Origin: Sphaerotilus sp.
GTDB taxonomy: Bacteria; Pseudomonadota; Gammaproteobacteria; Burkholderiales; Burkholderiaceae_C
Assembly (NCBI GenBank): GCA_013299055.1
Contig: JAAFKB010000007.1
Location: forward strand, 202-64,201
DNA: 64,000 nucleotides
Direction: 5' to 3'
Part shown: one piece after another, positions 17,649 through 26,921 of the stretch
Layout of the letters: every line of letters begins with the position of its first letter
How positions within the stretch are numbered: position 1 is the first letter of the stretch
Notes under the pieces: model-generated
Databases searched by the model: none
What the model saw: the letters and a program-made list of their open reading frames with translations, nothing else
What the model was told of the DNA's origin: nothing
Position numbers and translations under genes: made by a program

Positions 17649-20542
17649 CGGCGGACTCCCTTGCTGGCGGTGGTGGTGTCGACGTTGTCGTCGGCTGCCG
17701 TGGCTTCTCGGGCGGCGGCAGGCTGGTCACGCCCGAGCACTTCTGCCGCGGAGGCTTCCTCGTTCTGCAGGTCTGGGCGGGTGGTGTCGGCGGGCTCCGT
17801 GGCGTCGCGCAGGGCACGGCGGGCGGCGGGTGGACGGGTCAGCACCGGCAGCGGATCGAAGAACTGCCAGGTCGGCACCGACACCAGCAGCGAACCCGCC
17901 ACCCCGCCCAGCCGCACCGTCCACCACACCAGGCCGACGGTCAGTGCCAGACCGGACGCCTCGATCGGGTCGATGGCCGACTGCAGCCGCCCGGACTCCT
18001 CGGCCAGATCCGCCCGCAGCAGCCCCAGTCCATCGTCGGTCAAGGCCAGGAGTTCGCTGCCCTGGGTGAGGGCAGCGGGCAGGTCGTAGCCCGCTTGCAG
18101 GGCCGCCAGCGCGTTGTCGGGCAGCACCAGGGCGAGCAGGTCGGGGGCGAGCGTGGCGTCCCCCGCGGGGGCCGGTGCCGCGGCGGAGGCCCCGTTCTGG
18201 TGGTTCTGGGTGCCCAGGGCGGCGATCTCGGCGGAGCTGGTGGCCTGCACCTGCGCCAGCCACTGCTCCGCTGCCACCGCCCGCACCTCGCGGGACAGCG
18301 GATCGGCTCGGCCCGACAGGGTGGGCGTGGCCAGCGTCAGGGGCTCGGTGTCGCGGGCGTCCGGGGTGGGCGGCGGGGGCACGCTCAGGCGCGGCGGGGG
18401 CTCCAGCGTGGGCTCGGGGCTGGGCGCGGGTGGCGGGGGCGGCGGCGGCGGGGCAGGGGTCCAGTCCACGCCCACGGTGGTCCAGGGGCTGCTGGCGCTG
18501 CCGTCGCTCACCCGCACTTGCACCGACGGCGCCTCGCTCACCGCCGTGGCGACAAAGCGGATCTGGCCGGACTGCAGGTCATTGACGCTGAACCGGTCGA
18601 GCGCCACCCCCGGCGCCGTGACCGCCTCGAAGCGTCCACCCGTGGTCGGGCCGACCTCCACCTGCAGCGTGGCCATGCTGCCGTCTGGATCCTGGGCGCG
18701 CAGCACGTCGGGGCCGAGGGTCAGCGGCATGCCGGTCTGGATCTGCCAGGGCACCACCGCCAGCAGCGGTGCCTCGTTCACGTTGTCGATGGCGATGGTG
18801 AGGGTCTGGGGGGCGCTGGTGAGGGTGCCGTCGGAGACGGTGGCGGTGACGGTGAAGGTGGTCTGCGCTTCATGGTCGAGCGCGCTGGGATCGACCACGC
18901 GCAACGCCCCCGAGACCGGATCGACCGCCAGCGCGCTGCTGCCGAGCAGCGTCCAGCCACCCAGGGTGCTGCCGGGGTCGGCATCGCTGGCGCGCAGGGT
19001 GCCGACCACCGTGCCGGCGGGACTGTTCTCGGCCACGCGCAGGGTGGTGTCCGGGGTGACGACGGGCGCGCTCGGCTCGAAGCGCACCGCCACCGCGTTG
19101 CCGAACTCCGAGGTGTCGCCCCAGGGCTTGCCCGCTGCGCCACCCGGCAGCCGCACCGTGGCGGTGGCCGACACGACCTGACCCGTCTGCAGCAGCCGGT
19201 CCGCCAGCGTGGTGTCGAAGCGGGCCATGCCGCTGGCGTCGGTGGTGATCTCGGTGCTGGCCACGAAGGTGCGGCCCTCGCCGAAGCCCAGCGGGTCGGC
19301 CTGCGGGTTGACGAAGAACTCGATGCGCAGCGTGGCGCCGGGGGTGGTGCGCAGCTCGCCGACCAGGCGCGTGGCCCCCGCCTGCGTGGTGACGCTGGTC
19401 AGCAGCGGGTAGTTCAGCAGGTTGTTGGGGCCGCCGTCGGTGTCGGCCTCGCGGTTGCCGTTGACCCCGGCGGCCCCGAGGTCAAGGCCCAGCCCGGTGT
19501 TGTCGTGGATGGCATTGCCCAGCACCGACACTGCCCCCGCCGTCCCCACGATGGACACCCCCGCGCCGGACTTCTGCCAGGCGATCAGGTTGCCGGTGCC
19601 GGGGGTGGTGCCGCCGATGAGCACGTCGCGCGTGTTCTCGACGTACACGCCGAAGGAGCCATTGCCGACGGCCCGCGTGCCGCCGAGGTCGGTGCCGATC
19701 AGGTTGCCCTGCACGGTGCTGCCGGTGGCGCCGGCGAGCAGGTAGACGCCTTCGTAGCTGTTGCCGCTGATGAGGTTGCCCGTGACCGCCGCACCCGGTG
19801 CATCGAGGTAGACCCCGACCGAGCGGTTGCCCAGCGCCGACTCGCCGCGCAGGTCCACCCCGATGGTGTTGCCCTCGATGCGGGCGCCGGCCGCCGTGGT
19901 GCCCGCGACGACCACCCCGGCGTTGTTGCCCGAGAGCAGGTTGCGGTCGGCGGCAGTCGGCCCGCCCACCAGGGTCTGCGCGCCGCGGGTCTCGATTGCG
20001 TGGCCGCCGTTGCCGGGGGCTTGCTGGCCGCTCGCGTCGGTGCCGATGCGCAGCCCGGCCAGCGTCACCCCGTCCGCGCCAGCCTGCACCTGGAGGCCGC
20101 CGCCGCCAAAGCTGTGGACCACCAGCCCGCGCACCAGGCTGCCGTCGCTGCCATCGGCCAGCACCAGCGCCGTGGTGCTGCCGCCGGCGTCGCTGCCCAC
20201 CAGCTCCACCACCGGCCGGCCCAGCGCCAGCGCGTCCGGTTCGCGGCTGGCGTCGAGCCAGACGGTGTCGGTGATGACGGGCAGCGCCGAGGTCGGGGTG
20301 ATGGTGTGGACGCCGCCCACCAGCGGGGCGGCGATGTCGAAGCGGATCGTGTCGGCGCCGGGCTGGAGGTTGGCCTGCAGGATGGCGTCCCGCAGCGAGC
20401 CTGTGCCGCTGTCGGCGGTGGTGCTGACGACGAAGGTGGTGCCGATGTCGCCCAGCGTGGCCAGCGCGGCGGTGTCGGCGGCGTAGAGGATGCGCGGCTC
20501 CAGCTCCTCGACCTGCCAGCGCCGGCGCGGCGGGCGGCTCAT
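17645..20542 (-). CDS. LEPR-XLL leader protein with beta-helix and cadherin-like domains (965 aa)
   Basis: N-terminal VEELEPRILYAAD; GSLRDAI; repeated GN.IG.D beta-helix turns; cadherin VAENSPAGT..ASDAD..LDHE..NVNEAP; poly-Pro linker; C-terminal hydrophobic VGLVWWTVRLGG..SVPTWQFFDPLPVL. Confidence 0.85.
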   Translation of the reverse strand: MSRPPRRRWQVEELEPRILYAADTAALATLGDIGTTFVVSTTADSGTGSLRDAILQANLQPGADTIRFDIAAPLVGGVHTITPTSALPVITDTVWLDASREPDALALGRPVVELVGSDAGGSTTALVLADGSDGSLVRGLVVHSFGGGGLQVQAGADGVTLAGLRIGTDASGQQAPGNGGHAIETRGAQTLVGGPTAADRNLLSGNNAGVVVAGTTAAGARIEGNTIGVDLRGESALGNRSVGVYLDAPGAAVTGNLISGNSYEGVYLLAGATGSTVQGNLIGTDLGGTRAVGNGSFGVYVENTRDVLIGGTTPGTGNLIAWQKSGAGVSIVGTAGAVSVLGNAIHDNTGLGLDLGAAGVNGNREADTDGGPNNLLNYPLLTSVTTQAGATRLVGELRTTPGATLRIEFFVNPQADPLGFGEGRTFVASTEITTDASGMARFDTTLADRLLQTGQVVSATATVRLPGGAAGKPWGDTSEFGNAVAVRFEPSAPVVTPDTTLRVAENSPAGTVVGTLRASDADPGSTLGGWTLLGSSALAVDPVSGALRVVDPSALDHEAQTTFTVTATVSDGTLTSAPQTLTIAIDNVNEAPLLAVVPWQIQTGMPLTLGPDVLRAQDPDGSMATLQVEVGPTTGGRFEAVTAPGVALDRFSVNDLQSGQIRFVATAVSEAPSVQVRVSDGSASSPWTTVGVDWTPAPPPPPPPPAPSPEPTLEPPPRLSVPPPPTPDARDTEPLTLATPTLSGRADPLSREVRAVAAEQWLAQVQATSSAEIAALGTQNHQNGASAAAPAPAGDATLAPDLLALVLPDNALAALQAGYDLPAALTQGSELLALTDDGLGLLRADLAEESGRLQSAIDPIEASGLALTVGLVWWTVRLGGVAGSLLVSVPTWQFFDPLPVLTRPPAARRALRDATEPADTTRPDLQNEEASAAEVLGRDQPAAAREATAADDNVDTTTASKGVRR

Positions 20543-21372
20543 GGCGCGGCCTTCGCGGACAGGCCCAGGTCGATCTGGCAGCGCGCCCCGGCCGGCACGG
20601 CGCGGTCGGCGTTGTCCAGCGCCAGCCGCACGCGGAAGGTGTTGCTGGCGGCGTCGATGACCTGGTCCACCTGCGTCACCACCGCCTCGCGCCCCGGCAC
20701 GCCCGGCACATCGGCCTTCACCACATGCCGCGCGCCCGTGCGCACCTGCCCGAACTGGCTGGCCGGCACCACCACTTCCACCCGCAGCCGCGCCACGTCC
20801 GCTACCCGCAGCAGCGGCTGCAGCTCGACGCGCTCGCCCGGCTGCGCCATGCGGTCCACCACCACCCCGTCGAAGGGGCTGCGCAGGGCGCGCTGGCCGA
20901 GCTGGGTCAGCGCCTGCGCGGCCTCGGCCTGGTAGATGGCGCGCTGGTCCTCGGCCTGGCGCAGCGCCTGGCTGGCCACGCTCAGGTCGGTGCGGGCCTG
21001 GTCGAGCGCGATGTCGGAGATGAACTGCTCGCGGTGCAGCGACTCGGCGCGCTGGACCTTCTGCTGTGCCAGCCCCCGCGTGGCCTGGGCGGCGGTGACG
21101 GCGGCTTGTGCCTTGGCACGGGCTTCGGCGGTGTGCAGCGCGGCGCGCTCGCCGGCCGCCTGCAGCAGCGCCAGCGGCTGGCCCCGGCGCACCGTGTCGC
21201 CCCGGTCGACCAGCATGCGCTCGACCACGCCAGCCTGCGGCGTGCCGAGGTCGGCGACACGGGCCGGCGTGATCAGGCAGCCCAGCGTGAGGGCCTGGGC
21301 CACGTCGGGCAGCCACAGCCACAGCGCCAGGGTGGCGGCGTGGACGGGCAGGAGGCGGGAGCGTCTTGGCAT
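20539..21372 (-). CDS. RND/HlyD-family periplasmic adaptor (membrane fusion protein)
   Basis: Signal peptide; GVVERMLVDRGDTVRRGQPL, coiled coil, LRSPFDGVV, VIDAASNTFRVR. Confidence 0.9.
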   Translation of the reverse strand: MPRRSRLLPVHAATLALWLWLPDVAQALTLGCLITPARVADLGTPQAGVVERMLVDRGDTVRRGQPLALLQAAGERAALHTAEARAKAQAAVTAAQATRGLAQQKVQRAESLHREQFISDIALDQARTDLSVASQALRQAEDQRAIYQAEAAQALTQLGQRALRSPFDGVVVDRMAQPGERVELQPLLRVADVARLRVEVVVPASQFGQVRTGARHVVKADVPGVPGREAVVTQVDQVIDAASNTFRVRLALDNADRAVPAGARCQIDLGLSAKAAP

Positions 21373-21402
21373 GGGAGGGTGGGGAGTCGAAAGGGTGCGG
21401 GA

Positions 21403-23145
21403 TCAGTCCATCGGATCACGGTCCGCGGGGGCGAGCCGGTCCAGGTGCTGGCGGGCGAGCGTGTCGGCCAGGTGCAGGCGGTGGCGTTCGTCGGCCGAAC
21501 GGGCTTCGCGGGCGCGCTGGCGCAGCCGCCAGGCCACGTCGCGCCACGCCCCCAGCGCCGCCACCGCGTACAGCGAGCGCGCTGGCCCGACCCGCCAGTG
21601 CTCGGCGCTGCCCGGATCGCCCTGGCGTGCGCTGCGGCCGAAGAGCTGCTCGTCCAGGCGGCGGGCGGGGTTGTCCTGGCAGTTCAGGACGTGCAGCCCG
21701 CCGGCGCGGACCGCGTCCGGGTGCAGCCGGATGTCGACCCCCCGCCCGGCCATGCGCGTGGCGATGGTGATCTGCCCCGGCTGGCCGGCCTGGGCGATGC
21801 AGGCGGCCTCCAGGGCGTCCTGCCGGGCGTCGAGGCATTGGATGGGCGGGTGCTGCGTGGCCGGCACGCTGGCCGCGAACGCCTCGGCCAGCCGCAGCGA
21901 CTGCGGCACGCCGTCCGTCCCGACCAGCACGGGCCGACCCTGCGCCGCCAGCGCCAGCGCCCGCTCGACCACCGCCCGGTCGCGGGCCGCCTCGTCGCTG
22001 AACCAGCGGTTCGGGCCCCGCACGCAGCGGCTGGGCGTGTGCGGGGCGATGCGGCGCATGCTCAGGCCGTACAGGCGCTGCAGCTCGTGGCGGTGGCCGT
22101 GCAGGGTGGCGCTGGTGCCGCCGAGGTGGCGGTAGCGGCGCAGGAAGGCGCTGTAGGTGGTGCGGGCCGCCGTCTCGGTGGGCGGCGGTGGGGGGCAGCC
22201 TTCCTTCAGGCAGACCAGCTCGTGCAGCCCGTTCGACCAGACCCGCCCGGCGGCGATGCGCCCCGTGACCGGGTCGAGCAGGCAGAGCTGGGGATGGCGC
22301 ACGAGGTAGTCGCGCTGGGGCTGCAGCAGGTGGGTGGCGACCAGGGCCAGCCGCACCAGCTCCTCCCGGTGCAGCCGGTGGCGCCAGAGCCGGGCGGCGT
22401 CGGCGCAGAGCGTCTCCAGCCGCTGTGCCCCGGCGGGCGTGAGCAGCGCGTCGCGGGCCAGGGGCTGCAGCTCGAAGTCCCGCCCCGCCTGCAGCCGTGC
22501 CGCCAGCCCGAGCGCGGTGCCGAGCTGCGCCAGCCGCTCGCCCGAAGCACCGAGGCGGGCCAGCACCAGCGGCATGACCGCTTCGTCGAGCAGGATGCTG
22601 TCGGCCTCGTCGATCAGCGCGGCGTCGAAGGTGGGGACGGTGGCGAGGTCGTCGTCGGGCGGCGTCTGGGTCAGGGCGCGGGCGTGTTCGCTCAGGCGGG
22701 CGTCGCGGGCGGAAGCCGACCACGCCGAGCGGCCGGCCACCTGGTCGCGCAGGCTGTCGAAGACCAGCTCGCGGGCGCTGACGTAGACCACGTCGGCCCG
22801 GTAGGCGGCGGCGCGCTCGCGTGCGGGCGTCTCGGCGGTGACGGCGGCCACGCGCAGCCCGAGCCGGGCGTACCAGGGCTGCCACTGCTGCGCGTCGCGG
22901 GTGGCGAGGTAGTCGTTGGCGGTCAGCAGGTGGACAGTCTGGCCCCGCAGCGCCAGCAGCCCCGCCGCCAGCGCCAGCGCCAGCGTCTTGCCTTCGCCGG
23001 TGGCGAGTTCGGCCAGCTGGCCCTCCACCATCGCCTGCGCCGCCTGCCACTGGTTGGGGCGAGGCGTCAGGCCCAGCGTGTCGCGGCAGGCCGCGTCGAG
23101 GCGGGCTTGCAAGGCGGGCGTGTTCCGTGTCGGTGTGCGCACCAT
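21403..23145 (-). CDS. Secondary SecA-like DEAD ATPase lacking the C-terminal domains
   Basis: ELATGEGKT, TANDYLATRD, DEADSILLDEA, GRPVLVGT, ATRMAGRGVDI, RRLDEQLFGRSARQGDPG; only 580 aa. Confidence 0.88.
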   Translation of the reverse strand: MVRTPTRNTPALQARLDAACRDTLGLTPRPNQWQAAQAMVEGQLAELATGEGKTLALALAAGLLALRGQTVHLLTANDYLATRDAQQWQPWYARLGLRVAAVTAETPARERAAAYRADVVYVSARELVFDSLRDQVAGRSAWSASARDARLSEHARALTQTPPDDDLATVPTFDAALIDEADSILLDEAVMPLVLARLGASGERLAQLGTALGLAARLQAGRDFELQPLARDALLTPAGAQRLETLCADAARLWRHRLHREELVRLALVATHLLQPQRDYLVRHPQLCLLDPVTGRIAAGRVWSNGLHELVCLKEGCPPPPPTETAARTTYSAFLRRYRHLGGTSATLHGHRHELQRLYGLSMRRIAPHTPSRCVRGPNRWFSDEAARDRAVVERALALAAQGRPVLVGTDGVPQSLRLAEAFAASVPATQHPPIQCLDARQDALEAACIAQAGQPGQITIATRMAGRGVDIRLHPDAVRAGGLHVLNCQDNPARRLDEQLFGRSARQGDPGSAEHWRVGPARSLYAVAALGAWRDVAWRLRQRAREARSADERHRLHLADTLARQHLDRLAPADRDPMD

Positions 23146-23155
23146 GGTGGCCTCT

Positions 23156-25336
23156 TCACTCCCGCGCCTGGAACTCGCCCAGGAAGGTCTGTCGCAGCCA
23201 GCGCCCGAGCTGCCACGCCGCTGGCTGCGGCGTGAAGGACAGGCGCACCCAGACCCTGCTGCCCACGCGCTCGCCCAGCGGCTGGTCGCTGACGAGTTCG
23301 AGCACCGTCACCGGGTCGCGGCTGGTCAGGCCCTGCGGGTCGGCGGGGTCGGTGGTGATGCCGCCGCCGCCGAGGTCGCCCAGGCTGCGGGCGGGCAGGC
23401 GCCGGGTTGCCGAGGGCAGGGTGGCGGTGCGCAGCCGGGCGGTGAGCGGGGTGTCGGGCTGGTCGACGCGGCGCAGGGTGATGCCCTGCAGTGCCTGCTG
23501 CACGAGCACCGCATCGCCGTGGGGCAGCACGACCTGCACGGTGCGGTTGTCGTCCGGGCGGACGTGGCCGAGGGTGTCGCCACGTCGCAGCCAGCGCCCG
23601 CCCAGCCGGTGCGCGTCGTCCAGCACCAGCGTGCCCGACAGCGGTGCGCGCACCGCCAGCCCGGCCAGTTCGGCGTCGAGCTGCTGGCGCTGGGCGTGCA
23701 GCGCCGTGATCTGCTGCTGCAGCGCCGCCGACTGGCCGGGGTCGCGCACGAGGGTGTCGTAGCGCCGCGCCTGCAGGCCGATGCGCTGTTCCTCCAGCGC
23801 GGTGCGGCGCGTGCTCAGCGGATCGTTGGCGAGGGCGAGCACGGTCTGGCCGGCCTGGACGCGCTGGCCGGACGGGGTCTGGGCGGCGGCGACGAGTCCT
23901 TCGGTCTGGGGCCGGATCCAGGCCGACTCGGGCAGCCACACCACGCCCTGCACCGTGGCTGCGTGTGGCAGCGGCCACAGCGCGAACAGCGCCAGTCCGG
24001 CCGCCCCGATCAGCGCCACCCGCACCATCGCCACGCGCCGCACCGCCTCCGCCAGCCTCGGCGCCTGCAACTGCTGCCACAGCGCCAGCAGCGGCCCGCC
24101 CAGCATCCACCCACCCAGCACCGCCGCCGCCGCCAGCCCCAGTCCCGCATGGACGCCGCCCAGCCAGCGCACGACCATCCAGCTCAGCCCCGCCCGGTAC
24201 AGCCACGACAGCGGCGCATACGCGATCAGCCAGCCGCGCTCGCCCGGTGCGCACAGCGGGGCGGGGGCGGCGTGCGCGGCCCCGTTGACCAGCCCGCTGC
24301 CCACCCGCAGCCACCAGCGGCGCGAGCGTGCGGCCAGGTTGGGCAGGTCCAGCGCGTCGCAGAAGGCGTGGTAGCCGTCCATGCGCAGCAAGGGGTTGCC
24401 GTTGACCAGCAGGCTCGACACCGCGCCCAGGAACATCACGACGAAGGCGACATCGTGCAGCAGCCCGTTCTGCGTGTGCTGCCAGACCACGAACGCGCCG
24501 GCCGCCATCGCCAGCTCGGCCATGATCCCGGCCAGGCTCACCAGCAGCCGCTCGCCCCGCCCGATGAAGGCCCCGGCGGCGCGGGCGTCCACATGCGGCA
24601 CCGGCGTGAACAGCATCATCGTCAGCCCGAAGGCGCGCACCTCGCCGCCGAAGCGGTGGATGGCCAGCGCGTGCGCGGCCTCGTGCAGCAGCTTCATCAC
24701 CGGGTAGACGGCCCACAGCAGGCCCAGGTGGTGCGGGTGGCCGAGCCAGTGGCGGGCGTGGGCGGACAGCGCGGGCCAGTCCGCCAGCGCCCCCAGCCCG
24801 GCCAGCCCCACCCCCAGCGCCCACGCCACCAGCAGCGCCGGCTGCAGCAGCGGATGCAGCGCCCGCTCCAGCCGCCGCACCAGCGCCGACGGGTCGCCCA
24901 GCGTCACCTGGAAATACAGCGGATTGGCGGCACTGACCAGGGCCCGCGGGCGGGGCGGGGCCCAGTCCGGCTCGGTGGCGGGACTGTCGATCCCCGCCTG
25001 GAGCAACCCCACCTGCTGCAGATGCGTCAGCAGCGCGATGACCTCGCCCTGGGTCGGCGCGTCGTCGCCCTCGGTGTCGAGCAGGGTGTCCCAGAGCTGC
25101 TGCACGGTGCGCTCGCCCGTGCAGCGCCCGACGAAGGCCCAGGCGGCGTGGTCGAGCCGGTGCGTGCGCTGCGTGTTGCCGTCGGTCAGCAGCATCCAGC
25201 GTTCGCCCCGCGTGGTCTGGCGCTGCACGCGCACATGGCCGCGCAGGCGCGGCTGCAGCGCGGCGACCCGGTACCAATGCGGGTGCAGCAGCGCGTCGGA
25301 CGCAGGCAGTGCCGCCGTGGCCGTCATGCCGCTCAT
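23156..25336 (-). CDS. Peptidase M50 with N-terminal PqqD/RRE-like domain and C-terminal HlyD-like domain
   Basis: HEAAH zinc motif; NGNPLLRMDGY; multiple TM helices; RRE-like HRLDHAAWAFVGRCTGERTVQQLW..EVIALLTHLQQVGLL; VRAPLSG adaptor motif; ATGA overlap with the upstream gene. Confidence 0.85.
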   Translation of the reverse strand: MSGMTATAALPASDALLHPHWYRVAALQPRLRGHVRVQRQTTRGERWMLLTDGNTQRTHRLDHAAWAFVGRCTGERTVQQLWDTLLDTEGDDAPTQGEVIALLTHLQQVGLLQAGIDSPATEPDWAPPRPRALVSAANPLYFQVTLGDPSALVRRLERALHPLLQPALLVAWALGVGLAGLGALADWPALSAHARHWLGHPHHLGLLWAVYPVMKLLHEAAHALAIHRFGGEVRAFGLTMMLFTPVPHVDARAAGAFIGRGERLLVSLAGIMAELAMAAGAFVVWQHTQNGLLHDVAFVVMFLGAVSSLLVNGNPLLRMDGYHAFCDALDLPNLAARSRRWWLRVGSGLVNGAAHAAPAPLCAPGERGWLIAYAPLSWLYRAGLSWMVVRWLGGVHAGLGLAAAAVLGGWMLGGPLLALWQQLQAPRLAEAVRRVAMVRVALIGAAGLALFALWPLPHAATVQGVVWLPESAWIRPQTEGLVAAAQTPSGQRVQAGQTVLALANDPLSTRRTALEEQRIGLQARRYDTLVRDPGQSAALQQQITALHAQRQQLDAELAGLAVRAPLSGTLVLDDAHRLGGRWLRRGDTLGHVRPDDNRTVQVVLPHGDAVLVQQALQGITLRRVDQPDTPLTARLRTATLPSATRRLPARSLGDLGGGGITTDPADPQGLTSRDPVTVLELVSDQPLGERVGSRVWVRLSFTPQPAAWQLGRWLRQTFLGEFQARE

Positions 25337-26772
25337 CCCGCCCAGCGCCACCACTGCAAGCGCAGCCAGTCCACCGCCCGCCCGCCCAGCGTCTGCAGCC
25401 GACTCTGGCGGCCGATCTCGATGCGCACCACCCCGGTCAGGCCGGGCCGCAGTCCGTCGGGCACCGGCGAGCGCAGCCGGGCCTCGACCTCGAACACATT
25501 GGCGCCCTCGACCGAGCGCGCCGCCGGCTGCACCCGCTCCACCTGCAGCGCCAGCGTCTCCCAGGGCAGAGCGGACAGTGCCAGCCGTGCCGGCTGTCCC
25601 GGACGCACGGCGTCGATGTCGCGTTCGTCGATCTCGACCACCACCCGTGGTGCCTGGTCCGGGGCCAGGCGCATCAGCGTGTCGCCGCGCCGCACCGGCA
25701 TGCCCACCGAGCGGCTCAGGTCGCCGTCCAGCACCAGCGCGTCCATGGGCGCGGTGATCTGGGTGCGGCCGAGGTCGCGCCGCACCAGCTGCAGCCGCGC
25801 CTGCACTTCGTCGCTGCGGGCGAGGTGGATGCCCATCTGCGCCCGGTCGGCGCGGGCGAGCGCGGCCATGTAGGCGTTCTGGTGCTGGGCGATCTCGCTT
25901 TCCAGTCGGCGGGCGTCCACCTCCAGATCCTGTGGCGCCAGGGCCAGCAGCGCCTGACCGGCCCGCACACGGTCGCCGGGCCGGGCGTGGACCGCCTGCA
26001 GAAAGCCATCCGTGGGGGCGGTCAGGCTGCGCTCGTGCTCGCCATCGAGCCGCGCCCGCCCGCCGAGTTCCTGCGCCACCGGCCACAGCAGCCAGCCCGC
26101 CACCAGCAGCACCAGCGCCGCACTGGCCCCCCGGCGGCGCCGGCTCGACTGCTGCCACCACGCCTGCCAGGAGTGCACCATGCGGCGCCACAGCGGCTGC
26201 TCGTGCCGCGCCAGCAGCGCCAGCCATGGGGCCATCAGGGCGAGCTGGTGCCCCAGCGTGTCGGCGTCGAAGGTGGAGAGCCGGTCTGCGTCATCCCAGC
26301 ACAGCGTCAGCGCGCCGACGCAGCGCCCGCCCGCCCGCAGCGGCAGGCTGGCAACGGCGTGTGCATGGCCGCCCGGGGGCTGCACCAGTGCCGCATGCGC
26401 CTGGGCAATCGCCGGTCGTGTCTGGTCGGGTGTTTCGGGCCAGCGCACCACCGTGTCCTGGTCGAGGCATTCGTCCATCGCGGCCTCGAAGGCCCGCGTG
26501 GTGCGCAGGGCCGCGGCGGCATCCCCCAGTGCGGAGGGGCTGGACACCGCCAGCAGCGCGGTGCGGTCGTGGTGCTGCCAGCCCAGGGCCACCTGCGTGC
26601 AGCCCAGGCCGATGGCCACGTCCCGCACCAGCTGGGCGGCGGCGGTGGCGAGCCGGTCCTGCGACATCAGCGCCGCCTGCCACGCGACCAGTCGGGTCAG
26701 CGCGGGCAGGCTGTCGGCGCTGGCGCGCGGACGGGCCGTGGTCGTTCTGGGGTCGGACAGGGGACTCGTCAT
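25333..26772 (-). CDS. GAF-domain HlyD-family adaptor protein
   Basis: N-terminal GAF-like region (AMDECLDQD, SLPLRAGGRCVGALTL); TM helix; TAPTDGFL..RPGDRV, ITAPMDALV. Confidence 0.82.
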   Translation of the reverse strand: MTSPLSDPRTTTARPRASADSLPALTRLVAWQAALMSQDRLATAAAQLVRDVAIGLGCTQVALGWQHHDRTALLAVSSPSALGDAAAALRTTRAFEAAMDECLDQDTVVRWPETPDQTRPAIAQAHAALVQPPGGHAHAVASLPLRAGGRCVGALTLCWDDADRLSTFDADTLGHQLALMAPWLALLARHEQPLWRRMVHSWQAWWQQSSRRRRGASAALVLLVAGWLLWPVAQELGGRARLDGEHERSLTAPTDGFLQAVHARPGDRVRAGQALLALAPQDLEVDARRLESEIAQHQNAYMAALARADRAQMGIHLARSDEVQARLQLVRRDLGRTQITAPMDALVLDGDLSRSVGMPVRRGDTLMRLAPDQAPRVVVEIDERDIDAVRPGQPARLALSALPWETLALQVERVQPAARSVEGANVFEVEARLRSPVPDGLRPGLTGVVRIEIGRQSRLQTLGGRAVDWLRLQWWRWAG

Positions 26773-26921
26773 GGCAAACCGCCGGGGGCTGCCCGGCGGT
26801 TGAAAAATGCGAAAAATCGGGCTCTGCCATTGTAAAGGTGCGAAATCCGTCACAACCTTTGCGGTGGCTTGCGAAACGGTGTCGAACCGTTGGCCCGATC
26901 CCCCCTGTCCAGGGGGTTGCG

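Noticed and set aside
21403-23145. Housekeeping secA or a secA pseudogene
   Set aside because: Only 580 aa and divergent, but ATPase motifs are intact and it is embedded in a tightly packed operon, so a specialised paralog is more likely.
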